Shown: positions 38,547 to 50,816 of the stretch, piece by piece
How positions within the stretch are numbered: the first letter of the stretch is position 1
How the letters are laid out: every line of letters starts with the position of its first letter
DNA from: an uncultured delta proteobacterium
GTDB taxonomy: Bacteria > Desulfobacterota > Desulfobaccia > Desulfobaccales > 0-14-0-80-60-11
Length of the DNA: 64,000 nucleotides
Assembly: GCA_963812015.1 (NCBI GenBank)
Contig: CAWETI010000003.1
Coordinates: 224,001 to 288,000 of the forward strand
Reading direction: 5' to 3'
The notes under the pieces: generated by a model
Database searches by the model: none
Told to the model about the DNA's origin: nothing
What the model saw: the letters and a program-made list of their open reading frames with translations, nothing else
Position numbers and translations under genes: made by a program

Positions 38547-40031
38547 TTACACCTCATGAACTCCCATCTTTAACCAGCCATCCAGCGCCCTTAAAGCCCT
38601 TTCCGCATAAGCTGCACCCCGGAGTTTCTTGGGGATGCGGCCCTCTAATGGCGAAAACAGCCCGAAGTTGACGTTCATGGGCTGAAAATTTTTGGTGGCG
38701 GTGTTGGTGAGGTGTCCGATGAGGGCCCCCAGCGCGGTCTCCCGGGGCGGGGTGATGAGCGGGCGGGACGTGGCCTGGCGAGCGGCGTTGATCCCCGCCA
38801 GCAAACCCATGGCCGCGGATTCTACATACCCCTCCACCCCGGAGATCTGCCCCGCCAGAAAGATCTGGGGATAATTGATTAAATTGAGGTGGGCTGACAG
38901 CAAACCCGGGGAGTGGATAAACGTGTTGCGGTGGATGGACCCCAGGCGCACGAACTCGGCTGACTCCAGCCCCGGGATGAGGTGGAAGACCCGTTCCTGC
39001 TCCCCGTACTTCAGCTTGGTCTGGAACCCCACCAGGTTGTACAGGGTGCCTTCCCGGTTCTCGGCCCTGAGCTGGACCACCGCGCAGGGCTGGCGGCCGG
39101 TGTGGGGGTCCACCAGGCCCACGGGCTTTAAGGGGCCGAACAGGAGGGTCCGATAGCCCCGGGCCGCCATGATTTCCACCGGCAGGCAGCCCTCGAAGTA
39201 GCGGGGCTCTTCAAAGGCCCGCAACGGCACCTGCTCGGCGCCCATCAACGCCTCATAAAAGGCGGCGTACTCGGCCTCGGAAAACGGGCAGTTGAGGTAG
39301 TCATCCCCGGCCCTGTAGCGGGAGGCCCGGAAGACTTTTCGTAAGTCGATGGACTCCGCCGCCACGATGGGGGCGATGGCATCATAAAAGTGCAGATGCG
39401 CCTGGCCGGTGAGTTTCCCCAAAGCCTCGGCCAGGGGCTCGGAAGTCAGCGGCCCGGTGGCAATGACCGTGGTCTGCTCCGGGTCCGGGGCCGCAATTTC
39501 TTCCCGGATGATTTCGATAAGAGGCTCGGCTTCCAGGGCCCGGGTGATGAACGCCGCGAACTCCCCCCGGTCCACCGCCAGGGCCTTGCCCGCGGGCACC
39601 CGGGTGGCCAGGGCCGCGGCCATGATCAGGGAATCGAGCCGCCGCATCTCCTCCTTGAGAAGACCCACGGCGCTCTCAACCCCCTCGGCCCGGAGGGAAT
39701 TGCTGCACACCAGCTCCCCCAGTAACGGCGACTGGTGGGCCGGAGAAAATTTCCGGGGCTTCATCTCATAGAGACGGACCTTAACCCCCCGGCGGGCCGC
39801 CTGCCAGGCCGCCTCACTCCCCGCCAGCCCCCCGCCGATGATGGTGATGGCGGGATGATAGTGAGAAGGATTGAGGGGAGGACCGGGGGATTTTTCGTAA
39901 GTCAATTCCCCCGCCCTCCCCTCAAACTCCCCTCCCAACCCCCTGTAAGGGGTTGGGGGAGGGGGCGTGGGGGAGGGGGCAGGGGCTATCCGCCCCTGGC
40001 CCCCTTCCCCACAATATCTCCACTCACTCAT
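38547..40031 (-). CDS. trmFO: tRNA (uracil-5)-methyltransferase TrmFO (Gid)
   Basis: '[16 protein letters not shown]', 'ELVCSNSL', 'YFEGCLP', '[10 protein letters not shown]', 'FQPMNVNFG'. Start uncertain (ATG 40031 or TTG 39905) because a repeat occupies the 5' end. Confidence 0.95.
   Translation of the reverse strand: MSEWRYCGEGGQGRIAPAPSPTPPPPTPYRGLGGEFEGRAGELTYEKSPGPPLNPSHYHPAITIIGGGLAGSEAAWQAARRGVKVRLYEMKPRKFSPAHQSPLLGELVCSNSLRAEGVESAVGLLKEEMRRLDSLIMAAALATRVPAGKALAVDRGEFAAFITRALEAEPLIEIIREEIAAPDPEQTTVIATGPLTSEPLAEALGKLTGQAHLHFYDAIAPIVAAESIDLRKVFRASRYRAGDDYLNCPFSEAEYAAFYEALMGAEQVPLRAFEEPRYFEGCLPVEIMAARGYRTLLFGPLKPVGLVDPHTGRQPCAVVQLRAENREGTLYNLVGFQTKLKYGEQERVFHLIPGLESAEFVRLGSIHRNTFIHSPGLLSAHLNLINYPQIFLAGQISGVEGYVESAAMGLLAGINAARQATSRPLITPPRETALGALIGHLTNTATKNFQPMNVNFGLFSPLEGRIPKKLRGAAYAERALRALDGWLKMGVHEV
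39871..40011. repeat. composite palindromic repeat family A (three hairpins)
   Basis: TTGAGGGGAGG/CCTCCCCTCAA, CCCAACCCC/GGGGTTGGG and GGGGGCAGGGGC/GCCCCTGGCCCCC. Confidence 0.75.
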
Positions 40032-42372
40032 TGACGGCCGCATTGGCGGCGGCGGCCTCCTGGTGGCCGCATTCGTCCCGGGGGCAGAGGATTTTCTTGC
40101 CTTTTTTCATGAGCCAGGGGAACTGGCACTTAGGGCAGGCCTGTTCCTGGGGCGGCTGGTTCATGGTGAAATCGCATTTAGGGTAGTTGCTGCAGCCGTA
40201 AAAAAAACCCCGCCGGGACCGGCGTTTCGTCAGGTGCCCGCCGCAGCCCTCCCGGGGGCAGCGGTGGGCGGCCTCGTCTTCCGGGGACTGGGGGACTACC
40301 TGCCCCTGGGCGTCCCGGGTGAAATTTTGGGTGAATCTGCACTTGGGATAGCCGGAACAGCCGAGGAATTCTCCCAGGCGTCCCCGGCGCACCAGCAGTT
40401 CTTTTTTGCACTTGGGGCAGGAGAGTCCGGTTGGTGTGGGCTTGCCCCGGGTCGCCGGGGCCTGCTCCGGCGCTTCTCCCGGGGCCGGGGGGGAGGCCGG
40501 TTCCATTCCCTGGAGGATGATCTGTCCCCGGGCATCCCGGGAAAAATCGCCCGTGAAGCCGCACTTGGGATAAGCGGAGCACCCCACGAACTCGCCGTTT
40601 TTGCCCCAGCGCACCACGAGGTCGGCGCCGCACTCCGGGCATTTCAGTTCGGTGGGCACGCTCTTCACCCGGCGCATGCCGGTCTTGGCCGCATCCAGAT
40701 TCTGGGCGAAGGCGCCGTAAAAATCCCCCATGAGCTGCTGCCAGGGGATCTTGCCTTCGGCCACCCGGTCCAGGTCGTTCTCCATGCCCGCAGTGAACTT
40801 GGGGTCCATGATATCCGGAAAATTCTCCACCAGGAGATCGCTCACCACCAGCCCCATCTCCGTGGGCTTGAGGGCGGTCTTCTCCTTCACCACATAGAGG
40901 CGGTCCTGGAGGTTGGTGAGGATGGTGGCGTAGGTGCTGGGCCGGCCGATCCCCTGGACCTCCAGTTCCTTGATGAGGGAGGCCTCGGTATAGCGGGCCG
41001 GGGGCTTGGTAAAGTGCTGCTGGGGGTCGAAATCCCGCAGGGTAAGGAGATCCCCCGCGGCCAGGCGGGGAAACTTCGCCGGGCCCGCAGCCTCTTCGGT
41101 TTCCCGGGACTCCTGATAAACCTTGGTGAAGCCGGGGAACTTGAGGACCGAGGCGGTGGCCCGGAAGAGATAATCTCCGGCGCTGATGTCCACGGTGGTC
41201 AGGTCAACGACCGCCGGCGCCATCTGGGAGGTCACGAACCGTCGCCAGATCAGGTCATAGAGGGCCAGCTCATCTTTACTCAGAAAGGCTTTGACGTCCT
41301 GGGGCCGCCGCATCACCCCGGTGGGCCGGATGGCTTCATGGGCCTCCTGGGCCCCCTTGGGGCTTTTGAACCGGTTGGGGGCCGCGGGGAGATACTCGCC
41401 GCCGTAAGTCTGATCGATGAAGCTTCTCAGCGCCTCCAGCGCCTCCGCCGACACCCGGGTGGAGTCACTGCGCATGTAGGTGATGAGGCCCACGGGGCCT
41501 TCGTCCCCCAGATCCTTGCCTTCATAGAGCCGCTGGGCCAGGCTCATGGTCTTTTTGGGGGGGAACCGGAGCTTGCGGTTGGCCTCCATCTGGAGGCTGC
41601 TGGTGATGAAGGGCGGCGCCGGGTTGCGCCGCTGGGGCTTGGTGTCGATTTTGGCGACCCGAAACTCCGCGGTGTCCAGGGCATCCAGGATCTTCTCCAC
41701 CGCCACCACGCTGCCGGGCTTGATATTCTTGTTCTTATGCTTGTAGAGGTAGGCTTGGAACGGCGGGGGCGCGCCCGCCTCCAGACAGGCGTCCAGGGTC
41801 CAGTACTCCTCGGGGACAAAGGCCATGATGGCCCGTTCCCGGTCGCACACCAGGCGCAGGGCCACGGACTGCACCCGGCCGGCGCTTAACCCCGTTTTGA
41901 CCTTCTGCCACAACAGCGGGCTGATCTGGTAGCCCACCAGACGGTCCAGGATGCGCCGGGCCTGCTGGGAATCGTAGCGGGGCCGGTCGAGCTTCACCGG
42001 CTTCGCCAGGGCCGCCTTGATGGCCTTGGGGGTCAACTCCAGGAGCAGCACCCGGTGGAAGCGGTGGTTTTTCTCTCCCAGGACCTCAGCGATGTGCCAG
42101 GCGATGGCTTCCCCTTCCCGGTCCGGGTCCGGCCCCAGGTAGATCTCCGAGATGCCTGCGGCCGCTTCCTTCAAATCCTTGATGACCTTGGCTTTTCCCA
42201 GGATAGTGACGTATTTGGGCGCAAATTCGTGTTCCAGGTCCACCCCCAGCTCGTTTTTGGGCAGGTCCTTGATGTGCCCTTTGCTGGAGACCACCTGGAT
42301 GTCGGCGCCCAGGTATTTTTGCAAGGTTTTCGCCTTGGTGGGTGATTCCACGATGAGTAATGATTTAGGCAT
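40024..42372 (-). CDS. topA: DNA topoisomerase I
   Basis: '[12 protein letters not shown]', 'DPDREGEAI', 'SAGRVQS', 'ITYMRSDS', 'GIGRPSTY', C-terminal Zn ribbons. Confidence 0.98.
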   Translation of the reverse strand: MPKSLLIVESPTKAKTLQKYLGADIQVVSSKGHIKDLPKNELGVDLEHEFAPKYVTILGKAKVIKDLKEAAAGISEIYLGPDPDREGEAIAWHIAEVLGEKNHRFHRVLLLELTPKAIKAALAKPVKLDRPRYDSQQARRILDRLVGYQISPLLWQKVKTGLSAGRVQSVALRLVCDRERAIMAFVPEEYWTLDACLEAGAPPPFQAYLYKHKNKNIKPGSVVAVEKILDALDTAEFRVAKIDTKPQRRNPAPPFITSSLQMEANRKLRFPPKKTMSLAQRLYEGKDLGDEGPVGLITYMRSDSTRVSAEALEALRSFIDQTYGGEYLPAAPNRFKSPKGAQEAHEAIRPTGVMRRPQDVKAFLSKDELALYDLIWRRFVTSQMAPAVVDLTTVDISAGDYLFRATASVLKFPGFTKVYQESRETEEAAGPAKFPRLAAGDLLTLRDFDPQQHFTKPPARYTEASLIKELEVQGIGRPSTYATILTNLQDRLYVVKEKTALKPTEMGLVVSDLLVENFPDIMDPKFTAGMENDLDRVAEGKIPWQQLMGDFYGAFAQNLDAAKTGMRRVKSVPTELKCPECGADLVVRWGKNGEFVGCSAYPKCGFTGDFSRDARGQIILQGMEPASPPAPGEAPEQAPATRGKPTPTGLSCPKCKKELLVRRGRLGEFLGCSGYPKCRFTQNFTRDAQGQVVPQSPEDEAAHRCPREGCGGHLTKRRSRRGFFYGCSNYPKCDFTMNQPPQEQACPKCQFPWLMKKGKKILCPRDECGHQEAAAANAAVNE

Positions 42373-42507
42373 AGGCTAGGTTATATACATTATTTTAAAT
42401 CTGGGTCAATCGGGATGGACCCTTCTCAGCCGCATGGTTGGCGCATGAAGCATTTTTTTAAGCTCTTGCGACCGGCCTTAAGAAGCAGAGAGAAACCGTG
42501 CAGCCCG

Positions 42508-42738
42508 TCAATGAGCAATTTTGCCGTGGCGGCGCCAGGGGTTGTGGGTCGGAATCCGTACCAGGGTCCCGGCCTCCTTGCTCCGGAGGGCAGAGTTCCC
42601 CCCGGTCTTGATAGCCCCTAAAGATCCGGTGGATGGTCTCGGTCCCACCCCCAACGGCGCCGCGGCCCTGCCCATGCCCAGGGAGGCCCCGGTGATGATC
42701 AAGGCTCTGCCGCTCAGTTCGGCTCTTTTGCCGCCCAA
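42508..42738 (-). pseudogene. possible SDR gene remnant
   Basis: 'LSGRALIITGASLGMGRAAA' is an SDR Rossmann motif, but the frame decays right after it. Confidence 0.4.
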
Positions 42739-42992
42739 CGTTAATCATTGCCGTCGCAATCCGGTTATGTGCAAAATAATTATTCGAGGCGGATTAGCCA
42801 GGGGGGGGATTGAAAAAGTTCGCAGGAAAAAATAGAGCGCCGAGCGTCAAAATCACGACACTATTTGCCAAAAATTCCGACGGACCCTAGTAACGACAAA
42901 TCACTTTTTTCGTTTTTTTCGTTAATAACCTCCGACATATTTTCGTATACGTTAATTAAAAGCTATCAGCCATCTATGGTTATGAAAAGTTC

Positions 42993-44111
42993 TCACGTAT
43001 CCAACACATAACACTTGCCCGGCAGTTCCTTCACCAGGCCCTGGAGTTCCAGGAGGGTGAGGCGGGCCAGCACGTCCTTGACGGGGAGGCGGGCGGTTTG
43101 GACCAACTCCTCCAACTGTACCGGCTCCGAGCCCAAGAGTGGCAGCAGGGGGTCCTCCGGCGCCGGCCGGAGGGGGCCGGGGGCTTCCGCTACCCGGCCG
43201 GCGGGGGCGGCCGGGGCGAGCCCGGGACCGGGAGCCAGGCGCAGGGCGGGCAACTCCTGGAGGATATCTTCCACGTCCTGGACCAGCTTGGCCCCCTCCT
43301 GGATGAGGCGGTGCGGCCCCAGGCTGGTGGGGGAGTCGATGGGGCCGGGCACCGCAAAGACCTCCCGGCCCTGGTCCAGGGCATAGCGCACCGTGATGGC
43401 GGTGCCGCTGGTGGACCCCGCTTCGATCACCACCACCCCCAAAGCCAGGCCGCTGATGATGCGGTTGCGGATGGGGAAATTCTTGGCATCCGGGGGGGTG
43501 CCCAGGGGAAACTCGCTGACCAGGGCCCCCCGGGCCGGGATTTCCTGGTAAAGTTGGCGGTTTTCCGGCGGGTAGACCACGTCCAGGCCGCAGCCCAAGA
43601 CCGCCAGGGTGCGGCCGCTCATCTCCAAAGCCCCCTGGTGGGCGGCGGTATCGATGCCCCGGGCCAGGCCGCTCACCACCGTCACGCCCCGGGCAGCCAG
43701 GGCCCCGGCCAGGCGGCGGCCGGCCTTGAGCCCGTAATAAGAAGCCCCCCGGGTCCCCACGATGGCCACCGCCAGGCTGTCTTCCGGCGCCAGCGTCCCC
43801 TTGATAAAGAGAAAGGGCGGCGGATAGGGGATCTCCTGGAGCCGGAGGGGGAAGCGGGGATCATCCCGGGTGACCATCTCGGCCCCCAGGGCCGTGAGCC
43901 GGGCCAGCCGCTCCTCCAGCTTATCCCAATCCCGGAAGGTGAGGATGGCCTGGGCCAGGGCGGGAGTGATGCCCTTGACGGCCACCAGGTCCTTAAACGA
44001 GGCTGTAAAGACGGCGGCGGGGCCGCCGAACCGCTGCACCAGGCGCTGGCCCAACACCAGCCCCACCCCGGGGATACTCCGGAGGCCCAGCCAGGGGAGT
44101 TTGTCGGTCAT
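42993..44111 (-). CDS. dprA: DNA-processing protein DprA
   Basis: 'AIVGTR', 'VSGLARGIDTAAH', 'FPIRNRIISGL', 'GREVFAVPG'. ATG at 44111. Confidence 0.96.
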   Translation of the reverse strand: MTDKLPWLGLRSIPGVGLVLGQRLVQRFGGPAAVFTASFKDLVAVKGITPALAQAILTFRDWDKLEERLARLTALGAEMVTRDDPRFPLRLQEIPYPPPFLFIKGTLAPEDSLAVAIVGTRGASYYGLKAGRRLAGALAARGVTVVSGLARGIDTAAHQGALEMSGRTLAVLGCGLDVVYPPENRQLYQEIPARGALVSEFPLGTPPDAKNFPIRNRIISGLALGVVVIEAGSTSGTAITVRYALDQGREVFAVPGPIDSPTSLGPHRLIQEGAKLVQDVEDILQELPALRLAPGPGLAPAAPAGRVAEAPGPLRPAPEDPLLPLLGSEPVQLEELVQTARLPVKDVLARLTLLELQGLVKELPGKCYVLDT

Positions 44112-44539
44112 GGCACCTTCCCGTTCAGGATGTCGGCGCCCATGGCGGTGGTTCGCCATGAACCCGCCACGTGAGCATGCTTGATCTCTTGAGGTCAGGT
44201 TGAGCTGAAAGTATGGTTCCGGTTCTAATCGATTTAGGGCTTGAGCACAAGGAAAAAGCCGGTGATGCTCAGCAAAATTTAGGGAGACAGACTCCCCTGC
44301 CGATTTACCATGATCTGCAGGGCCGCAGGTTTGCCGATGGTCGAGTATGGCGAAATTGTCCTAAACAGTGGAATATTAAAGAACCATATACTATCATGCT
44401 GACCAGTTGTAGTTTCCCTGCGGGGAGAGGTGGCTTTTGGGGTTCAACCCGGGAGCAGAGGCTTCGGATACGCTTTGGGCGGGTGAAACTCGGGCTTCCG
44501 GATAATCATGGATTAAATCAATGAGTTGAAGGAATAATT

Positions 44540-46723
44540 ATGTCCGTTGAGGAAGGCCGTACTCTGGGCCGGGATGATTGGGGGCCCGCCAACCCCACCT
44601 GGGCCATTTTTCTGGTGAGCGTCTTGGGGTTGTTTCTGGAAATGCTGCTCATTCGCTGGATTTCCACGGAAATTCGGATATTCGCCTACTTACAGAACAC
44701 GGTGTTGGTGGTCTGCTTCCTGGGTTTGGGTTTGGGTTGCTTTACCAGTCGCCAGCCCATAGTCATGCGGAAGCTTCTCATCCCCTTGTTATTTTTGGTC
44801 ACGATCATGGCTATCCCCATAACGCGCCAAGAGGTCGGGAACATCAGCGAAATGTTGAGCGGTATTGGGGACTATGTGATCTGGTACCAGGCGGCCAGCA
44901 CCAGTTTGGGCAAGATAGTGGTGGGGTCGCTCCTTACCTTGTTGCTCATGGTTCTGCTCCTGGAAATGTTTATACCCTTGGGCCGCCTCTTGGGGCGTTT
45001 ACTGGATGAGCATCCCCGTATTATCTGGGCGTATTCGGTCAATATCGGCGGCAGCTTTGTCGGTACCTGGCTGTTTGTGTTGTTGAGTATCCTGTATCAG
45101 CCTCCGGTAATCTGGTTTGGGGTAATGGCGTGCCTTCTGCTCTATTTCATAGTCAAAAGCCGCCGATGGAAACTTGATACCGCCCTGCTGATCGCCATAG
45201 TGATTATTTCCTGGGCCACCTACGAACCCGCCCTGAAAATCCTGTGGTCCCCCTACCAAAAGTTGGTGGTCACAAAGACCAAGGATGGAGCCAACAAGCA
45301 GATTCTCGTCAACAATGTCGGCTATCAGGTCATGTTGGATTTAAAAAATCCTCCGGTGCAAACCCGCCCAGACCGGTTTCCTCCCGAAATGCTGGGCCTG
45401 AGCCAGTACGATATCCCGTTGCTGGTCCATCCCCATCCCCAGAGCATTCTCATTGTGGGCGCGGGTTCCGGCAATGATGCGGCGGGGGCGCTCCGCAATG
45501 GAGTGCGCCGGATTACGGCGGTGGAGATTGATCCGGCCATCATTGCCCTGGGGCGTCGATATCATCCCGAAAAGCCCTACGACTCTCCCTCGGTTAACCT
45601 GGTCAATGACGATGCCCGTTCCTTTTTTGCCACTTCCAAGGATAGGTACGATGTCATTTCCTTCGGTCTCTTAGATTCACATACGACCACCGCCATGACC
45701 AATGCCCGCCTGGACCATTATGTCTACACCCAGGAGAGTATTGTCCGGGCCAAATCCCTGTTGGCTCCCGGCGGCATTATGGTCTTGAGCTTCGAGGCCC
45801 AAAAAGAGTTTATTGCTGATCGCATGGCCGGCGTCCTGCGGGAGGTCTTCGGTGGGGAACCGATTTGTTTCCGCATACCCGATACGGGCTATGGCTGGGG
45901 CGGGGTGCTCTTCATAACGGGGGACCTGGAGGCGGCGAAAAGCCAGATCGCCCAAAATGAGAGATTGTCGGCCTTCATACAAGCCTGTCAGGCAAAAGAG
46001 CCGGTGCCCCTGACCTATACCACGAAGATCACCACGGATGACTGGCCTTACATCTATCTCCGCAGCCCCGGCATTCCCCTCCTGTATTTTATGCTGGCCG
46101 GGTTGATGGTCCTGTTGGTGATTCGCTGTCGGAGTTACCTCAATCTCGGCCAGCTTATCCGGGCCTGGGATCGTTCTCACTGGCATTTCTTCTTCCTGGG
46201 CGCCGCTTTCCTGTTGCTGGAGGTGCAAAATATCAGCAAAGCCGCGGTGGTGCTGGGTAATACCTGGGACGTCAATGCCGTGATCATCTCCGGGGTCCTG
46301 ACGATGATTCTGCTGGCCAATCTGGTGGCGGCGCGTTTCCCCCACCTGCCCCTGAAAGCCACGTATATCGCCCTGGTCGCCACCTGCCTGCTCCTCTATT
46401 TTGTGGACCTCTCACGGTTTGCCTTTTTACCGTATGCCACCAAGGCGGTAATCATCGGCGCCCTCACCACCTTGCCCATGCTCTTCAGCGGCATCGTGTT
46501 CATCCGCTCCTTTGCGGTAGTGGCCGGGAGAGACGTGGCCTTGGGGGCCAATTTAATCGGCGCCCTGGTGGGCGCTCTGCTCCAATCCGTCACGTTTGTC
46601 ACCGGCATTAAAGCCCTGTTGCTCATGGTGGCCGGGCTCTATCTCCTCTCCATGCTGACCCGGCCCAAAGTTTTGGAGCTGGAGCAGGCGCCGGCCCGGG
46701 AACCTGTCCCAACGGTTCCGTAA
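44540..46723 (+). CDS. membrane-bound spermidine-synthase-like SAM-dependent transferase
   Basis: N- and C-terminal TM blocks; 'WSPYQK', 'ILIVGAGSGND', 'AVEIDP', 'DDARSF', 'TDDWPY'. Confidence 0.82.
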   Translation: MSVEEGRTLGRDDWGPANPTWAIFLVSVLGLFLEMLLIRWISTEIRIFAYLQNTVLVVCFLGLGLGCFTSRQPIVMRKLLIPLLFLVTIMAIPITRQEVGNISEMLSGIGDYVIWYQAASTSLGKIVVGSLLTLLLMVLLLEMFIPLGRLLGRLLDEHPRIIWAYSVNIGGSFVGTWLFVLLSILYQPPVIWFGVMACLLLYFIVKSRRWKLDTALLIAIVIISWATYEPALKILWSPYQKLVVTKTKDGANKQILVNNVGYQVMLDLKNPPVQTRPDRFPPEMLGLSQYDIPLLVHPHPQSILIVGAGSGNDAAGALRNGVRRITAVEIDPAIIALGRRYHPEKPYDSPSVNLVNDDARSFFATSKDRYDVISFGLLDSHTTTAMTNARLDHYVYTQESIVRAKSLLAPGGIMVLSFEAQKEFIADRMAGVLREVFGGEPICFRIPDTGYGWGGVLFITGDLEAAKSQIAQNERLSAFIQACQAKEPVPLTYTTKITTDDWPYIYLRSPGIPLLYFMLAGLMVLLVIRCRSYLNLGQLIRAWDRSHWHFFFLGAAFLLLEVQNISKAAVVLGNTWDVNAVIISGVLTMILLANLVAARFPHLPLKATYIALVATCLLLYFVDLSRFAFLPYATKAVIIGALTTLPMLFSGIVFIRSFAVVAGRDVALGANLIGALVGALLQSVTFVTGIKALLLMVAGLYLLSMLTRPKVLELEQAPAREPVPTVP

Positions 46724-46807
46724 ACCTTACCGAGATACTTTGTTTGCGGCTAGTGTCATGTCCCGGGAGTATCTTGCAATTGCCGACTTCCATTCCCGGA
46801 GGCTGTT

Positions 46808-46832
46808 GTAGGGGCGGTTCGCGAACCGCCCC
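46808..46832. repeat. GTAG-type REP hairpin
   Basis: GTAGGGGCGGTTCGCGAACCGCCCC. Confidence 0.7.
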
Positions 46833-47001
46833 GACGAAAATCTCCCAAACAAGGGGAAATTTTTTTGAAAGATATATCTGGGACGCAACACGAGAGTTAT
46901 TTTTTAAGAGAAGCGAGGGTCTTTCGGACAACCGGTATCGGGTGAAGTGAGGGGCGGATGCGGTGTGGTTTTGGCAGGCAACTGCACCGGCGAGATTGCC
47001 T

Positions 47002-49227
47002 CTAGGGCTGACCTTCTTTGGCCTCTAAGCGGGCCTCGATGCGCCGGGCCAGGGGGATCAACTCCTCCAGGCGCTGGCGGCGTTTGGCGCGCTCTGCCTC
47101 CGCCAGATGCATGGCTTCCGCCGCGCCTTTGAGGCTGCCCAGGAGGGACCTCAGGGTATCGTCCAGGCTGGCTTCCTGCTGTTTCAACCATTGGTCCACC
47201 AGGGGGAAGAAGTACTGGAACTTCAGGCCCTCCCGGTAATTGAGGAGCTGGGCCGCCACCTCTTCCTGGAGCCAATTCTTGAGGGCGGCCAGGGCCCGCT
47301 CCAGGTCCCGGAGGAGTTGTTGGCGGGGGTCGACTTTCCCGGCCCGGCCCAGGCGGCGCTTAACGGCGTCCCAGGCCCGGCCCAAAAACCCCATGCCGGA
47401 ACGCACCCACACCTCCCGGGCAAAGCGCCAGTCGGGGGCCACCTCCAGGTTCAGGAGGGGCACCTCCAGGCCCTGGGGCCGGTGGCTGGCCGCGGCTTTT
47501 AGGGTGGGGGCCACAGCCGGCAGGCCCAGGTCCGCAATCTCCCGGTAATAGAGCGTCAGGGATTCCTGGAGGGTCAGGAACAGCGGCTGCCACAAGTGGT
47601 CCAGTTCCTGGCGCAGCCACTCTTCCTGCCCCCGGATGAATTCCACCAGGGCGATGTTGACCTCGGCGGTGACATGGTGGGCCGATGCCTTGGCAAAGTC
47701 CTGAAATAGTTGATAAAGGGCCGGGCGAAAGGCGGGCGCCCCTCCCGGCGGCGCCAGCTGGTCCCAGTCCGGGGCAAAATTCCGAATAAATTCGTAGAGG
47801 TCTTTCCCCACCTGGCCGGAATGCCGGTCCAGCAGGCTGTCCACCCGGGAGTGCAGGACCTTTTTCAGGCGGTTGCCGGCGCCCTCCAGGGTCTGGCTCA
47901 CCGTGGCCATGGTGGCGTGCAATGGCTGACGCCGGGCCTCCAGGCGGGTTTCCAACTCCTTGATGGCGCTAAGCCCCCGAGTCAGGAGATCGGCGGTGAG
48001 TTCCAACTGCTCCCTCAGACCCCGGGCCACCATCTTCACCTGGGCCAGGCTCCCCCCGGCCAGGCGGCGGGTCCGCAGGTCTCCCAGGGCGGCCTTCAGG
48101 TCGTGCTCGAACCGGGCCGCTTCCGCATCGGAAAAGGCGGCGGAGTCCGGATTCGTGGCCCACACCTTGAGGACCGCGGCCTCCCGGGGGTCCAGACTCT
48201 CGCCCCGGGCCTGTCGGCGGTCCAGGAGCAGCTTCAGGGCGGAAAAGGCATAGATCCGGGGGTCCGGCCCCCAGGAGGACAGCTCCTGGGCCACCCGGTC
48301 CCTGATCTTGATCACCTCCGCATAGGAGGTGTGCTCCCCCAGGTCCAGGTTGAGGAGGGCCAGGATATGGGGCATCAGCCCCATTCTCTTCAACTCCGCC
48401 AGAAACTGGAAGTCCGCCTGGCGCAGCCCCACCCGGGAGCTGACGACATAGAGCACCAGGTCGCTCTTGATGAGATACGCCAGGACTTGGGAAAGGTGTT
48501 GGGGGAAGGGTGAATCGCTCCCCTGGCAGTCCCCCAACTCCACCCCCTCCGCCCCCCAGGGAAAAGGGATGGTGAGGAGCACGTCCTTGAGGTAGACCGC
48601 GGTGGCCTCCCCGGTGACCAAGTCCCGGTGGCGGGCCAGATCCGGGCCGGCCAGGGGCAGCAACCCGGTGGCGGGCATGAGGTCCTTGAGAAGATCGTAA
48701 CCCTCCAGGTAGGACCTGAGGAGCAGGTAGTTCTGATCCAGGCTGCCTCCGGTCCAGAGATCGGCCTCCTGGGCCTCGGCCAGGACCTGGGCCAGGAGTT
48801 CCCGGTCCGGGGCCTCCTTCAGGTCCAGGGGGGTGGCCCGGTCCACCAGGCGGGGGTTGGGTAAGAGCCCCAGGGCCCGGTTGATCTCCCCGTTGATTTC
48901 CTCCCAGCCTTTGAACCTGAGCTCCGCCCGGGGTTCCGGGCCGGGCTGGACCCGGGTGATCATGGCCGTGAGAATCCCGGCGCCCCGGCGCAACAGGTCT
49001 TGGCCCACCAGGGCGTTGATCATGGTGCTCTTGCCGGACTTGACCGTCCCCACCACCGCCAGGCGGCAGCTATCCTCCGCCGCATGGGCCTCTACCTGGG
49101 ACAGCACCTTCTGCCAGTGCTGGCCCTGGACCGCGGCCTGGGGAAAGAGACCGGTCCATTCCCGGGCCATTTCCTCCAGGCGGCCGATCTCCTCCCTGAA
49201 GGCCTGGTGGGCTTGGGTCTCCGGCAT
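47002..49227 (-). CDS. bacterial dynamin-like GTPase
   Basis: G1 'GTVKSGKSTMINAL', G2 'ILTA', G3-like 'DCQG', 'LNLD'; long helical C-terminus. Confidence 0.82.
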   Translation of the reverse strand: MPETQAHQAFREEIGRLEEMAREWTGLFPQAAVQGQHWQKVLSQVEAHAAEDSCRLAVVGTVKSGKSTMINALVGQDLLRRGAGILTAMITRVQPGPEPRAELRFKGWEEINGEINRALGLLPNPRLVDRATPLDLKEAPDRELLAQVLAEAQEADLWTGGSLDQNYLLLRSYLEGYDLLKDLMPATGLLPLAGPDLARHRDLVTGEATAVYLKDVLLTIPFPWGAEGVELGDCQGSDSPFPQHLSQVLAYLIKSDLVLYVVSSRVGLRQADFQFLAELKRMGLMPHILALLNLDLGEHTSYAEVIKIRDRVAQELSSWGPDPRIYAFSALKLLLDRRQARGESLDPREAAVLKVWATNPDSAAFSDAEAARFEHDLKAALGDLRTRRLAGGSLAQVKMVARGLREQLELTADLLTRGLSAIKELETRLEARRQPLHATMATVSQTLEGAGNRLKKVLHSRVDSLLDRHSGQVGKDLYEFIRNFAPDWDQLAPPGGAPAFRPALYQLFQDFAKASAHHVTAEVNIALVEFIRGQEEWLRQELDHLWQPLFLTLQESLTLYYREIADLGLPAVAPTLKAAASHRPQGLEVPLLNLEVAPDWRFAREVWVRSGMGFLGRAWDAVKRRLGRAGKVDPRQQLLRDLERALAALKNWLQEEVAAQLLNYREGLKFQYFFPLVDQWLKQQEASLDDTLRSLLGSLKGAAEAMHLAEAERAKRRQRLEELIPLARRIEARLEAKEGQP

Positions 49228-49271
49228 GCTAAGGTTCCTGGGTGATACGGGTGAAGTGCATTAACGCCGGC

Positions 49272-50800
<1,529 letters not shown>

Positions 50801-50816
50801 TCCCGTAAGTTTTAAG

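Noticed and set aside
42840..42990. AT-rich patch with repeated CGAC words between dprA and topA
   Set aside because: Spacing is irregular, with no DnaA boxes or clear direct-repeat consensus; it may be a promoter region.
44213..44524. 103-aa ORF between dprA and the methyltransferase gene
   Set aside because: No motifs and atypical codon usage; it occupies the divergent promoter region.
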